DNA of 64,000 bases, from positions 416,001-480,000 of the forward strand of contig JBGAON010000001.1 in the NCBI GenBank assembly GCA_044221725.1. The letters run 5' to 3'. The notes below the pieces were generated by a model that was not told the DNA's origin, did no database searches, and was given only the letters and a program-made list of their open reading frames with translations. Position numbers and translations under genes: made by a program. Source of the stretch: Elusimicrobiota bacterium (GTDB lineage: Bacteria > Elusimicrobiota > Elusimicrobia > F11). Shown one piece after another: positions 42,602-52,131 of the stretch (the stretch's first letter is position 1; each line of letters begins with the position of its first letter).

Positions 42602-42723
42602 ATACCCCACCCTACCCTCCCCACTGAAACGACGTGGGGAGTCCTCCTCAAGATATAAGGCGTTCAGCGCCAGTTGGTGCTTCCTCCCCATGTCTCGTCA
42701 ATGGGGAGGGTAGGGTGGGGTAT
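42602..42723. repeat. Inverted doublet of REP-like hairpins (REPIN/BIME-like, ~122 bp)
   Basis: ATACCCCACCCTACCCTCCCCA...TGGGGAGGGTAGGGTGGGGTAT outer inverted repeat; each arm also forms its own CTCCCCA..TGGGGAG hairpin. Confidence 0.8.
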
Positions 42724-42883
42724 AAAATCCCTTTCCATATATACGGTTGTATTGCCAAAGATCGTGAGCGTGGTGTCGGTGAACACGCGCTGCGCCGTTT
42801 GCGCGTAAGGATCGGTGAAGAGCAATGGAAAGCATTGCTGCGCCGGATTGAGAAACATCAATTTGTAAGGAATGCGAGCGAAA

Positions 42884-43145
42884 ATGAAAGCGTCTGAGGT
42901 GAAATCTTTTTTCGAAAGGGTGGACCAGGAAATAGATTTTCCGATGGACGTGTTGCTAATGGGCGGTGCGGCTGGCATTGCCATAGGCGCTCGGAAAGAG
43001 CCCGATCTCCCAAGCGCAACCAATATTTAAGCGACACGTCGAAGAGTTCTTTCGAAAAAACGCTCAAGTGCTCTGGGGAAAAAATACGCATCCGGAAAAA
43101 CTTATCGAGATTTTCTTGAGCAAAGCTCGAAAATACCGTTCGTGA
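42884..43145 (+). pseudogene. Probable internally deleted, frameshifted nucleotidyltransferase (DUF6036/AbiEii-like toxin) relic
   Basis: MKASEVKSFFERVDQEIDFPMDVLLMGGAAG stops before the DxD motif. A different frame gives SPISQAQPIFKRHVEEFFRKNAQVLWGKNTHPEKLIEIF. The family call is from recalled motif resemblance. Confidence 0.45.
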
Positions 43146-43148
43146 GAG

Positions 43149-43946
43149 TTACCACTCCAATTTCGTAAGCAGTCCTTTGTTGAGCGCGATCTTCATAACG
43201 CGATTAAAAATAAGAGCGCCCGCCGTCAGATAGACTCCGTTTAACACCAGCGAATAAACGAACGCGCGCCACGGATAAGTGTGGTTCGCGAGCACGGCGC
43301 GCATGCCTTCGAAAATCCAGGTGGCCGGGAAACATTTCGCGAGCGGTTGGGCCCACGTGGGCAGTGCCGACACCGGATAGAACACGCAGGCGAACGGTTG
43401 CAGCACGAAGACAATGATCCACGAGAGCGCTACAAGCCCACGTCCGAAATAAATGATCAGCGCGTTGACCACGAGTCCGATGGCCCATCCGGTCAGCAAC
43501 AGGCCCAGAGCGAAAGGAACAATCGAGAGGCCGAGCACGAGCACGTTAAAGTGGAAAAGGGCCGCGAGCAGAAAGCCCATGAGCGCTAGCTCAATAACGA
43601 GTTTCAGCATTCCGAACACAATGGACGCGGAGAAATACTCGGCCATTGTCACCGGCGTCATCAGTATGTTTTGAAGATTGCGGCTCCACGCTTCTTCCAT
43701 GAAGCTGAACGTGATTTCGTGTTGGCCGCGCCGCAGCACCGCAAACAAAACGACTCCACCTAAAAAGAACGACATGAGCGGAGCCATTTCGGCGCGCGCT
43801 GTGGAAAAGTAATGCGTGATGAAACCCCAGATTAGCACGTCCACCACCGGTTGCCAGAAAGTGTCGAAAAAATACTCGGGGTTGCGCGCCCACAGATAAA
43901 AATGCCGACGGAACACGCCGCGCATGCGTTGCAGTGAAGCGAACAT
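43149..43946 (-). CDS. ABC-2 type transporter permease
   Basis: Six hydrophobic segments; FYPVSALP..AQ..A..FP.T motif. Start MFASLQR overlaps the ATPase stop (TAATG). Confidence 0.9.
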   Translation of the reverse strand: MFASLQRMRGVFRRHFYLWARNPEYFFDTFWQPVVDVLIWGFITHYFSTARAEMAPLMSFFLGGVVLFAVLRRGQHEITFSFMEEAWSRNLQNILMTPVTMAEYFSASIVFGMLKLVIELALMGFLLAALFHFNVLVLGLSIVPFALGLLLTGWAIGLVVNALIIYFGRGLVALSWIIVFVLQPFACVFYPVSALPTWAQPLAKCFPATWIFEGMRAVLANHTYPWRAFVYSLVLNGVYLTAGALIFNRVMKIALNKGLLTKLEW

Positions 43947-44815
43947 TATTCGTCTCCGCTGGTTTGTCGCGCCGAACGCACAAAGAATTCTTCGAGTGTG
44001 GGTTCGTGCACCGATAGGGATTCGATGTCTGTGCCCGATCGGACAAGTTTTGTTACGTGCGGGCCCACGTCGTTCGAATCCATTTCGGAGGAAATTCCAT
44101 TGATTGTCACGCGCCATCGTCGCGCGCGCTGCGCCAATTCTTTTGGAGTTCCCTCGGCCTGAATCTTACCGTCGTTCAAAAACAAAACACGCGAACACAC
44201 CTTTTCCACTTCGAGCATGTTGTGCGACGTTAAAAATACGGTGGTGCCTTCTTCGCGCACGACGTTCAATAAAAATTCGCGCACGCGGTCCGCCACGTCG
44301 GGATCGAGCGATGCCGTCGGTTCATCCAAAAGCAGAAGTTTCGGTTGATTTAAAAATGCTTTGGCGAGAGCGACGCGGACTTGCTGACCGGTGGACAGCG
44401 AATACAACGATCTATTTTGGAGTTCGTTAAGATCAAATTTGCGCAGCAGCGCCTCAATACGGTCGGTCGGACGGGGAATTCCGTACATGTCGGCAAACAC
44501 GCGTAGATTTTCCGCCACCGTCAATTTGCCGGGCAGCGTCAATGATCCGCTGGAGGCGTTCATTTGGCTCAAGATTTTCACGCGGGTATGCTTATAATTG
44601 TGGCCGAACAAGGTGAGTTCTCCGCTCGTCGGGTTCAAAATGTTCATGAGCATTCGGATCGTCGTTGTTTTGCCGGCTCCATTCGGGCCCAGAAAACCCA
44701 CAATTTCGCCGGGCCAGATATCGAAGTCGATACGATCAACAGCGGTTTGGGAATCGAATTTTTTTGTGAGCGCGCGGGCGCGAACAAGAGGTGTTTGTGT
44801 TTCGTATCGTGTCAT
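43946..44815 (-). CDS. ABC transporter ATP-binding protein
   Basis: GPNGAGKTT, LSTGQ, LLLLDEPT and TSH motifs; start taken at MTRYE. Confidence 0.93.
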   Translation of the reverse strand: MTRYETQTPLVRARALTKKFDSQTAVDRIDFDIWPGEIVGFLGPNGAGKTTTIRMLMNILNPTSGELTLFGHNYKHTRVKILSQMNASSGSLTLPGKLTVAENLRVFADMYGIPRPTDRIEALLRKFDLNELQNRSLYSLSTGQQVRVALAKAFLNQPKLLLLDEPTASLDPDVADRVREFLLNVVREEGTTVFLTSHNMLEVEKVCSRVLFLNDGKIQAEGTPKELAQRARRWRVTINGISSEMDSNDVGPHVTKLVRSGTDIESLSVHEPTLEEFFVRSARQTSGDE

Positions 44816-44892
44816 AACGTCGGATAAGTTACAATTTTCGTAATTTTTAGAATGAAAGCGTCCCACAATTTATCGAACGAGGAGTTCTGCGA

Positions 44893-45729
44893 ATGAAGAA
44901 AATGACGTTAATGATGGCAATGCTGTTGAGCGTATGGATGCCGGTTCACGCTTTTGACCCCGATGCGTTGGCGCTTCATTTGCGCAAAGCGCTCAGTTTG
45001 GACACGCGAACCGATATAAAAATTACCGGAACACCTCAGCCCTCGGGGATCGGCGACATGCTCGTCGTGAACGCCGTGGTGGGCGGCCAGCCGTATCCGG
45101 TTTATCTCACTCCCGATCAGAAAAAATACATTTGGGGTTTTGTCGTGGACGCCACCGTGGATCCCGACGAAGCGCACGTGAAAGGAATCGGACTCAAAAA
45201 CGTGCACGCGATGGGTTTGGCGTCGGCACCGATTACAATCGTGGAATATTCGGATTTGCAGTGCTCGCACTGCAAATTTGCGCACGAAACCATCAAGAAG
45301 GAACTTTATAAAACCTTTACAGAGGCGCAGGTTCGATTCGTTTCAAAATACTTTCCCTTGAACGGGCACGATTGGGCGGAGTCGGCCGCGGTCGCTGTGG
45401 AATGCGCGTCAAAGCAAAAAGAATCCAACTACTGGGACATGGTTAATTATTTCTTCGCAAACCAAGAAAAAATCACAAAAGAGACTGTTTCGCAGAAAAT
45501 CGATGAGGTCGCGGCGCAGCTGAAACTTAATTCGGCCAATCTTAAAGCGTGCATGAACGCCGGGCCGGCGCTCGAGCGTGTTCGTGCCGATAAGAAAGAA
45601 GGGATGGCCGTTGGCGTTAATTCAACGCCGGCTTTCTTCATTAACGGCCGGGCCCGGCGCGGATTTGGAAACTTCGACGATATTAAAGTGGTGGTTCAAG
45701 AAAAAATGCAGGCTTTGAAAAATAAATGA
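44893..45729 (+). CDS. Periplasmic DsbA/Com1-like thiol-disulfide oxidoreductase
   Basis: Signal peptide; EYSDLQCSHC; GVNSTPAFFING. Confidence 0.9.
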   Translation: MKKMTLMMAMLLSVWMPVHAFDPDALALHLRKALSLDTRTDIKITGTPQPSGIGDMLVVNAVVGGQPYPVYLTPDQKKYIWGFVVDATVDPDEAHVKGIGLKNVHAMGLASAPITIVEYSDLQCSHCKFAHETIKKELYKTFTEAQVRFVSKYFPLNGHDWAESAAVAVECASKQKESNYWDMVNYFFANQEKITKETVSQKIDEVAAQLKLNSANLKACMNAGPALERVRADKKEGMAVGVNSTPAFFINGRARRGFGNFDDIKVVVQEKMQALKNK

Positions 45730-46982
45730 CGACGCCGCTGCCCGCGTTAAAAGCGGCCATCGAAGCCATTCAGATCGAACACGAAGGAAAACCGATGGTC
45801 GTTCTGCGCGATCAAGAAAGTCTTAATTTGCATCCCATCGCCGTTTCCCTGCCGGGTTTTCTCGTTGCGATGTTGTTGAACGGAGAAAATTCCGTGTCCG
45901 ATGTTCAGGCGGCTTTCTCGAAAAACACCGGCCAATTGATTCAGCCGGCCGAAATTGAATCGATGGTGGCACAGCTCGACAAAGCGTTTCTCTTAGAGAC
46001 GCCAGCGCTACGCGAAAAACGCAAAGAGGTGTTGACTGGGTTTTTAAACAACCCGGTTCGACCAATGACGCATGTGAAAGGCGTGTATCCGGATAACACG
46101 CTCGAACTCGCCACGATGCTCGGGAAATATTTTCAAGATCCGAAAGGTCCGGGCAAACAAATGGCGTCGAATTCGACGCGGCAAACGCCGCTCGCGCTGT
46201 TCGCGCCCCACATTGATTTTGCGCGCGGCGGGCCCGGCTATGCGTGGGCGTATCAGGCGCTCAGCGAGTGTGAACCGCCCGACCTCATTGTCGCACTGGG
46301 GGTCGCGCACATGTCGCCCAATTCTCCATGGGTGCTGACCAAAAAAAATTACGAAACGCCGTACGGCCCGGTCGCGCTCAGCGAAGAACTTTTCAACGAT
46401 TTTAAAGATTCGCTGTGGTACGACGTCACGGTCGACCAATGGACGCATCGTACCGAGCATTCGCTTGAATTTCAGGCGCTGTGGCTCAAATATTTGTGGC
46501 GCGACAAAACGCCGTCGTGGCTTCCGGTGTTGTGTTCGTCGTTCGATCGCTTTTGTTCCGATCGTGCTCCGTCAAGCATTGAGACGATGGAACACGGTAT
46601 TTTGAAGATTGCCGAGAAACTAAAAGCGCGGCAGAAGGCGGGTCAAAAAATAATGCTGCTCGCTGGGGTCGATTTGTCGCACGTGGGCCCGCGTTTTGGC
46701 GACGAAGAAAAACTGGGACCAGAACTCGAGAAAAAAGTTGAGCAGGCGGATCTAAAATCACTCGATCTCGCTCTGCAGGGGAAACCCGACGAGTTTTATC
46801 TTTCGGTCGTCGAAAACGGGCATTGGCGAAAATGGTGTGGACTGTCGGCGATATACACGACGTTGCGACTCGCCAAAGAACTTTCCGATAAGCCGCTCAG
46901 CGGGCGGCGGCTTGCCTACCAGCAGTCGCCGGATCCTATGGGTGGATTGGTTTCGTATACGAGCGTCATTTTCGACCGCTGA
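45726..46982 (+). CDS. amrB: MEMO1-family protein (AmmeMemoRadiSam system protein B) with N-terminal extension
   Basis: APHIDF, GVAH, EHSLEFQ, DLSHVG and WCG motifs. Confidence 0.88.
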   Translation: MTTPLPALKAAIEAIQIEHEGKPMVVLRDQESLNLHPIAVSLPGFLVAMLLNGENSVSDVQAAFSKNTGQLIQPAEIESMVAQLDKAFLLETPALREKRKEVLTGFLNNPVRPMTHVKGVYPDNTLELATMLGKYFQDPKGPGKQMASNSTRQTPLALFAPHIDFARGGPGYAWAYQALSECEPPDLIVALGVAHMSPNSPWVLTKKNYETPYGPVALSEELFNDFKDSLWYDVTVDQWTHRTEHSLEFQALWLKYLWRDKTPSWLPVLCSSFDRFCSDRAPSSIETMEHGILKIAEKLKARQKAGQKIMLLAGVDLSHVGPRFGDEEKLGPELEKKVEQADLKSLDLALQGKPDEFYLSVVENGHWRKWCGLSAIYTTLRLAKELSDKPLSGRRLAYQQSPDPMGGLVSYTSVIFDR

Positions 46983-47839
46983 TGGAAACGCGAACGAACA
47001 CATCGTTGTTCCGTCAAGCCATTCAGTCGTGGCACAAAAATCGGCCGATCATGACGGCGGCCAGTCTTTCCTACTTCACGTTGTTTTCGCTTATTCCCAC
47101 GATGGTCATTGTTCTTAAGCTTGTAGGGGAAGTGTTTGAAACGATGGTTGCGAAAACAAAATTGCTCGAGGATATTGCGAGTTGGTTCAATCCGCAGGTG
47201 GCCACCACCGTTCAAACGCTTTTGTTTGCAGCCGAGAAGGCGTCTGCGAAAGCAACCACATTTACGCTGCTCCTATTATTATGGTCGGCGATACGGATGT
47301 TTACGCAGATTCAGGATGCACTGAACGTGATATGGAAAGCCAATTTGCCCAAGGGGCCGCGGCGCTGGCTTTGGAGTCGTTTTCGTGCTGTTTTGATGAT
47401 TGCGGTCTTCAGTATCGTTGTGTTTGCGTTCCTCGCGCTGGATATCACGTTCGCACTTTTAAAAAAGCAATTGGTAATTTTTTTCCCGGCGGTAATTATT
47501 AAGGGCGTGATTCCGATAACCGGATCGATTCTTGCGTTTGGATTATTTACCGTGTTGTTCGCGATGCTGTTCAAGCTGCTGCCCGACAAGCGCATACCAT
47601 GGAAAAATGTGTGGGTGGGCGCGATGGGAAGCTCCTTGTTGTTTGGGTTCGCACGATATGTTCTCACGTTTTATTTCTTGCACAGCCCCATCGTTTCGTT
47701 GTACGGGGCCGCGGGTTCGGTGATTGTGCTTTTAATTTGGATCTATTTTTCGATGCAGATATTTTTGCTTGGCGCTGAATTTACACACGCTTATGCCGAG
47801 ATCAGTATGTCGCGCCGACGTGGAGAGCCGCTGATTTAG
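46982..47839 (+). CDS. YihY/virulence factor BrkB family membrane protein
   Basis: AASLSYFTLFSLIP, ALNVIW and YGAAGS...LLIWIYFS.QIFLLGAE motifs. Confidence 0.92.
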   Translation: METRTNTSLFRQAIQSWHKNRPIMTAASLSYFTLFSLIPTMVIVLKLVGEVFETMVAKTKLLEDIASWFNPQVATTVQTLLFAAEKASAKATTFTLLLLLWSAIRMFTQIQDALNVIWKANLPKGPRRWLWSRFRAVLMIAVFSIVVFAFLALDITFALLKKQLVIFFPAVIIKGVIPITGSILAFGLFTVLFAMLFKLLPDKRIPWKNVWVGAMGSSLLFGFARYVLTFYFLHSPIVSLYGAAGSVIVLLIWIYFSMQIFLLGAEFTHAYAEISMSRRRGEPLI

Positions 47840-49860
47840 GCCGACGCCGTTGCCATTTCGATGGAAGCGGATTGCGTCTGCGGGAGGCGAATAAAAAAAG
47901 TCGCTCCCTTGTCCACCTCTGATTCCACCCAAATCTTACCGTGGTGTTTTTCGACAATCCTTTTGCAGATGGCCAGCCCAAGACCGGCGCCCGGAACTTG
48001 GCTTTGGGAGTGAAGGCGTTGAAACACTTGAAAAATCCGATCGCTGAATTCCTTAGCGATACCGATTCCGTTGTCTTTCACGCTGAGCACGACACAGCCG
48101 TCTTTTTCTTGGCTTGCGATATGAATTCGGGGCGGCTTGTTGCCGTTGTATTTCAGTGCGTTCACCAATAAATTTTGTAGCAATTGATTCATCTGAAGCC
48201 GGTTTGCCTGAATGGTGGGCAACGTATCGTGCGTGACCACAGCCAATTTTTCCTGAATCAGCGGTTCCAAATCCTGAAGAACTTGCGCAACGATCTGATT
48301 CAAATTCAGATTTTCGTATTCGAATTTGTGCTTTTTTAGTCCCGAGTAAACCAAAAGACCATCGACGAGCGTTCTCATTCGGTCCACGCCGTTCATAATG
48401 GCGCGCAAAAACCGATCGCCTTCTTGATCCAGTTTCCCTGCGTATTTCGAATGCAGCATTTCGCTGTAGATCGAAACCGTGCGCAATGGTTCCTTTAAAT
48501 CGTGAGAGCTTGCGTAGGCGAATTGTTCGAGCTCTTTGTTCGATTCCCAGAGCGCGGCCGCTTGTTCCGTTAGTTTGTGTTCGACATTTTTGCGCTGCGT
48601 AATGTCTGCTCCCATGCCGATCACGCGTTGAGCCATCCCGTTCTTGTCTTTTACCACATGACCGCGCTTCACGATCCAATGCGTGCTACCGTTGGGCCAA
48701 ATCACGCGGAAGTCCACTTCGTGATCCACGCCGCGCATTACCGCTTGCTCGATAACATGTTCGACATGCGCGCGATCTTCCGGATGAATAAGGTTTAAAA
48801 ACGCCTGGAAGGTTCCGCCAAACTCGTTCGGATTTAAACCAAATAACGCTTCGGCACCGCGGGACAAATAAAGGTAGCCGCTTCCGATTTCGTGATCCCA
48901 CATTCCCATGCGGCTCGTTTCCAACGCGAGATACAGTCGGTCCTTTTGATCTTGCAGCTCTTTTTCATTTAGTCGGCGTTCTTGTGTGCCACTCGCAATG
49001 ACAAGCGACATAATCGTGGTGACCGACACAAACGATTGCAAAAGAATGAACGACTTATTCCGGTCGGCTGACGAAAATGGCCCGAACCCAAAATAAGTGC
49101 CGTGAATCGCGAGCGCCAATAACAGCAGTGTTGCCAATGCGGAGCCGCGCGGACCAAAACGAAACGCGGCCCATAACAACGGAGGGATATACAGAAAAGC
49201 GAGAGGGTCGTTATTTATGCTTGATGGCGTCCATCCGCCAAAAATTAATTGGCCGACAACTAACGAGCCAGCCGCCACCAATGTTCCTTCAACAATGCGT
49301 TTGATATTCCACGGTGGTATGGAAACGTGGGACCACATTACAAGAAATGGCGTTAATACAATCATGCTCGCCAGATCGCCAAGCCACCAGGTCAGGAAAA
49401 AAAGTTTGAACTGAAAGACGTGCGCTGTTCCGGCAAGAGTTATTGAACTAACGCCAATAATCGCGCTGACAAACGACGCGAATGAGACAATAGAAAAGTA
49501 TTTGAAGATGTCCGGCGACTGATAGAAAACGCGGGATCCGTGGGCGTATTTTTTGATCAATGCATAGGCAATGAGGGCTTCAGCGGTGTTTCCAACGGCT
49601 ATAAATGGGGCAACGCCCGCGGATCCGGGCACCAACAAATTAACGGCAAGGGCTCCCAGAAAAATCGATGGGGTAACTTCGATGCCACCAAGCAGCAGCG
49701 CCGTCAGCGCAATTCCGCTCGGCGGCCAAACCGCTGTGGCATTGGAATTAAGGAACGCCAGCGACAGGCCCCATTTCCCGGACAACACATACAGCACGAA
49801 CGTAACAGCGTTGAACGCAAAAATTGGAAAAAGATTGCTCTGTTGACGGCGAAAACGCAT
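47836..49860 (-). CDS. MASE1-PAS sensor histidine kinase
   Basis: MASE1 WPPSG/WWLGD; PAS IHPED; H-box ASSHDLKEPLR; N-box NALKY; DNGIG; GAGLGLAIC. Confidence 0.93.
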   Translation of the reverse strand: MRFRRQQSNLFPIFAFNAVTFVLYVLSGKWGLSLAFLNSNATAVWPPSGIALTALLLGGIEVTPSIFLGALAVNLLVPGSAGVAPFIAVGNTAEALIAYALIKKYAHGSRVFYQSPDIFKYFSIVSFASFVSAIIGVSSITLAGTAHVFQFKLFFLTWWLGDLASMIVLTPFLVMWSHVSIPPWNIKRIVEGTLVAAGSLVVGQLIFGGWTPSSINNDPLAFLYIPPLLWAAFRFGPRGSALATLLLLALAIHGTYFGFGPFSSADRNKSFILLQSFVSVTTIMSLVIASGTQERRLNEKELQDQKDRLYLALETSRMGMWDHEIGSGYLYLSRGAEALFGLNPNEFGGTFQAFLNLIHPEDRAHVEHVIEQAVMRGVDHEVDFRVIWPNGSTHWIVKRGHVVKDKNGMAQRVIGMGADITQRKNVEHKLTEQAAALWESNKELEQFAYASSHDLKEPLRTVSIYSEMLHSKYAGKLDQEGDRFLRAIMNGVDRMRTLVDGLLVYSGLKKHKFEYENLNLNQIVAQVLQDLEPLIQEKLAVVTHDTLPTIQANRLQMNQLLQNLLVNALKYNGNKPPRIHIASQEKDGCVVLSVKDNGIGIAKEFSDRIFQVFQRLHSQSQVPGAGLGLAICKRIVEKHHGKIWVESEVDKGATFFIRLPQTQSASIEMATASA

Positions 49861-49966
49861 GAGAAAAATATTTTATCGTTTCTTTGAAATTCGGGGAAAT
49901 TTTCTTTGCTGGCGGACCGGTCGCGTATTTCGACGGTGGGCGGAATTTGCTATAGCACGATTCCTC

Positions 49967-50050
49967 GGGTCGGTGGCAGAGCGGTCAAATGCACCAGACT
50001 GTAAATCTGGCGGGCTACGCCCTACGAAGGTTCGAATCCTTCCCGGCCCA
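49967..50050 (+). tRNA. tRNA-Tyr(GTA); CCA end not encoded
   Basis: Acceptor stem GGGTCGG/CCGGCCC+A; anticodon arm CCAGA-CTGTAAA-TCTGG; long variable arm; GAAGG-TTCGAAT-CCTTC T-arm; followed by GCA. Confidence 0.97.
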
Positions 50051-50180
50051 GCATCCTTAATTCTCATAATAAAAAGCTGTGGCAGTCCTCACGCGCCGTT
50101 GGCGTGAGTGCGGCCCAACCTTCCTCAAAATGTCCTCGGATTGTCACAAAATTGCCCTTAGAAACCCGTACGTTTTCTTC

Positions 50181-50636
50181 ATGGGTTATATCAGGCCAAC
50201 TCTTTTTTGCTTGCTGCTGGTCGCAGGGTTTCTTGAGGCCAACCAGTTCGTTGGCCAGCCAAAAATGGTTCTCACCAACAAAGTGAACGGTCTCGAACCG
50301 GTCGCCGAATTTTCGTGTTCCGAAAAGATCCATGGATATCTCACGTTGCCCGAAAAAGCCATTGGCTCGCACACATTGGAAGGGGTGTGGATTGCGCCTA
50401 GCGGAGCCGAACAGGAACATTCCACAAATCACCTTGATTTTGCGCCGCCGGGCCGACAAACTGCGTATGTTTGGCTTGAATTTCCGGATCTTTCGGGTGG
50501 TTCTCTTGGGGATTTTCGGGAACGCGATTCCGGCAGCCAAGAAAAAAATCAGTTCGCAGGATTGTGGCAGGTCAAAGTTTATTGGGATGGTCAGCCGCTG
50601 GTTGAATCAAAATTTCGAGTGAAGTGTTCCGGCTAG
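50181..50636 (+). CDS. Secreted hypothetical protein, beta-sandwich-like
   Basis: Signal-like MGYIRPTLFCLLLVAGFLEA; C-terminal GLWQVKVYWDGQPLVESKF. Confidence 0.65.
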   Translation: MGYIRPTLFCLLLVAGFLEANQFVGQPKMVLTNKVNGLEPVAEFSCSEKIHGYLTLPEKAIGSHTLEGVWIAPSGAEQEHSTNHLDFAPPGRQTAYVWLEFPDLSGGSLGDFRERDSGSQEKNQFAGLWQVKVYWDGQPLVESKFRVKCSG

Positions 50637-50649
50637 GAGGAGGTCAAAT

Positions 50650-50808
50650 ATGCAGAGAAAAGCCCGTTGGTTTTCCGGAGTCCTTTTGATGGCGTTGGTA
50701 GCAGCGGTAATGTCCGGCTGCAAGAAAAAGAAAGACGCTTCGTTGACGCAATCCGGAGGAGGCGTTTCTTCTCAGAGCGTCGTCACGCTCAAGGGAGCTG
50801 CGTCATGA
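50650..50808 (+). CDS. Small lipoprotein (52 aa), not in the ORF track
   Basis: Strong SD GGAGGAGG; MQRKARWFSGVLLMALVAAVMSG|CKKKKDASLTQSGGGVSSQSVVTLKGAAS; lipobox MSGC; ATGA overlap with the next gene. Confidence 0.8.
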   Translation: MQRKARWFSGVLLMALVAAVMSGCKKKKDASLTQSGGGVSSQSVVTLKGAAS

Positions 50809-51458
50809 GAATCGCTAATTTTTCTGGGGTTCGCGCTTTTGTCGCCGTTTCGATGGTTCTATTTGGCGCCACGTCTGGGTTCGCGACAAATGTCGGATCA
50901 CCGGAGTCTGTGAAGATCAAGTTTTACGAGTTCTGGGTTTCGCCGAACACCGATTGCACGGGCCTAACGCGCGTTTTTAACGACGCGAGTCCCTCGTATC
51001 AGGATGTGGTCGGGAGTATTTCGTTCGGTCAGATGACGATTCCGAATGGAACCTATCAGTGCGTCGCGTTCAAAATAAGCGACGTCGTGAAGTTGACTCC
51101 CAACTACAACTCCGATTTCGGGCATTGCGTTCAAGGCACCGAAATCACACGCGACCTTTTTCGAACCGGTGACACCTCGCAGTCTCCGGATGGAACGGTC
51201 ATCACTGGAAGTGGAACGAACCCCACTGGCCAAATAGAGAACGGTATGTATATCTATCTCTCGACGAACGGCGACACGGTTAACAATTCCGGAAATGTGC
51301 CATCGTCGCCAGCGAAGCTCGATAACGCGTACGTTGTCAGCGGCGACAACAATGCGATTGCGGTTTTTGATTTTACGAACGGAATCGAGGATACCGGTGC
51401 AGGTTCGGGAGGATCGTGTAGTCCGGAAGAAGTGACGTTTCGGTTCCGATATCAATAA
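50805..51458 (+). CDS. Secreted beta-rich hypothetical protein (DUF4382-like), 4 Cys
   Basis: Likely start is ATG 50805, giving the Sec signal MRIANFSGVRAFVAVSMVLFGATSGFA; IPNGTYQCVAF motif. Confidence 0.75.
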   Translation: MRIANFSGVRAFVAVSMVLFGATSGFATNVGSPESVKIKFYEFWVSPNTDCTGLTRVFNDASPSYQDVVGSISFGQMTIPNGTYQCVAFKISDVVKLTPNYNSDFGHCVQGTEITRDLFRTGDTSQSPDGTVITGSGTNPTGQIENGMYIYLSTNGDTVNNSGNVPSSPAKLDNAYVVSGDNNAIAVFDFTNGIEDTGAGSGGSCSPEEVTFRFRYQ

Positions 51459-51480
51459 TATTTTCTGAAGGGGGAATGTA

Positions 51481-52131
51481 ATGAAAACGCTCGGTAAGGT
51501 CGCTGGCTGTTTTGTCGGTCTTGTCGTCTGTGCCTTGAATCTTCGTGCTGCTGAAGTCGGATCCAATCAAATCAGTGTCCGGTTGGGTGCCGCGTTTCCT
51601 ACCTCCGCGAATAATTTCAGTGATTCCGCCAAAACTGGGTTTGCCGGCGGAGTCCAGTACTTGCGGCATCTTTCGCCGAAGATCGGCGTCGGCGTTCAAA
51701 CCGATTATTTTTCGTTTGCCGGAAAAGATCGGTCGATCGTTTTGCCAACCGGAACCTTGGACGCGAATTCAGATTCCGATTCGATGACCGCAGAATTGGT
51801 GGGGCGTTATAGTTTTCGGGCAGAGAAGAAGCTTTGTCCTTATCTGCTGGCGGGCGTCGGTGTCGCGCATTTTTCGCAGAAAACCATGGCGACTCCGAAG
51901 AATGGAACAACGTGGACGGACACTGGCACCCGCGAAGAACGCACGGTTGCCGATGATTCGTCTACGAGTTACGCGTTGTCGTTTGGTGCCGGTGTTGAAA
52001 CCAAGCTGACCGAAAGATTTACCGGAGCTCTCGAAACCAATTGGCACATTTTTGGCGTTGATAGCGACAAATTTGGGGCCGACGCCATCAACGTGCCCAG
52101 CCTGTTCGCTCGATTGGGTTGGTTGTTCTGA
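51481..52131 (+). CDS. Outer-membrane beta-barrel protein (OmpA/OmpW-like)
   Basis: Signal peptide, PYLLAGVG, FGAGVE, C-terminal ARLGWLF. Confidence 0.85.
   Translation: MKTLGKVAGCFVGLVVCALNLRAAEVGSNQISVRLGAAFPTSANNFSDSAKTGFAGGVQYLRHLSPKIGVGVQTDYFSFAGKDRSIVLPTGTLDANSDSDSMTAELVGRYSFRAEKKLCPYLLAGVGVAHFSQKTMATPKNGTTWTDTGTREERTVADDSSTSYALSFGAGVETKLTERFTGALETNWHIFGVDSDKFGADAINVPSLFARLGWLF

Noticed and set aside
42664..43091. Minus-strand ORFs of 119 aa and 77 aa
   Set aside because: One runs into the palindromic repeat, neither shows family motifs, and the plus-strand relic explains the region better.
38830..50053. Functional link between the NTase domain of the 2529-aa protein and the CCA-less tRNA-Tyr
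   Set aside because: CCA-less tRNA genes are common, and the domain lacks the RD and RRD motifs expected of a true CCA-adding enzyme.
50667..50804. ORF-track N-terminal extension of the 263-aa ORF
   Set aside because: It overlaps the SD-led lipopeptide gene in another frame; the signal peptide begins at ATG 50805.
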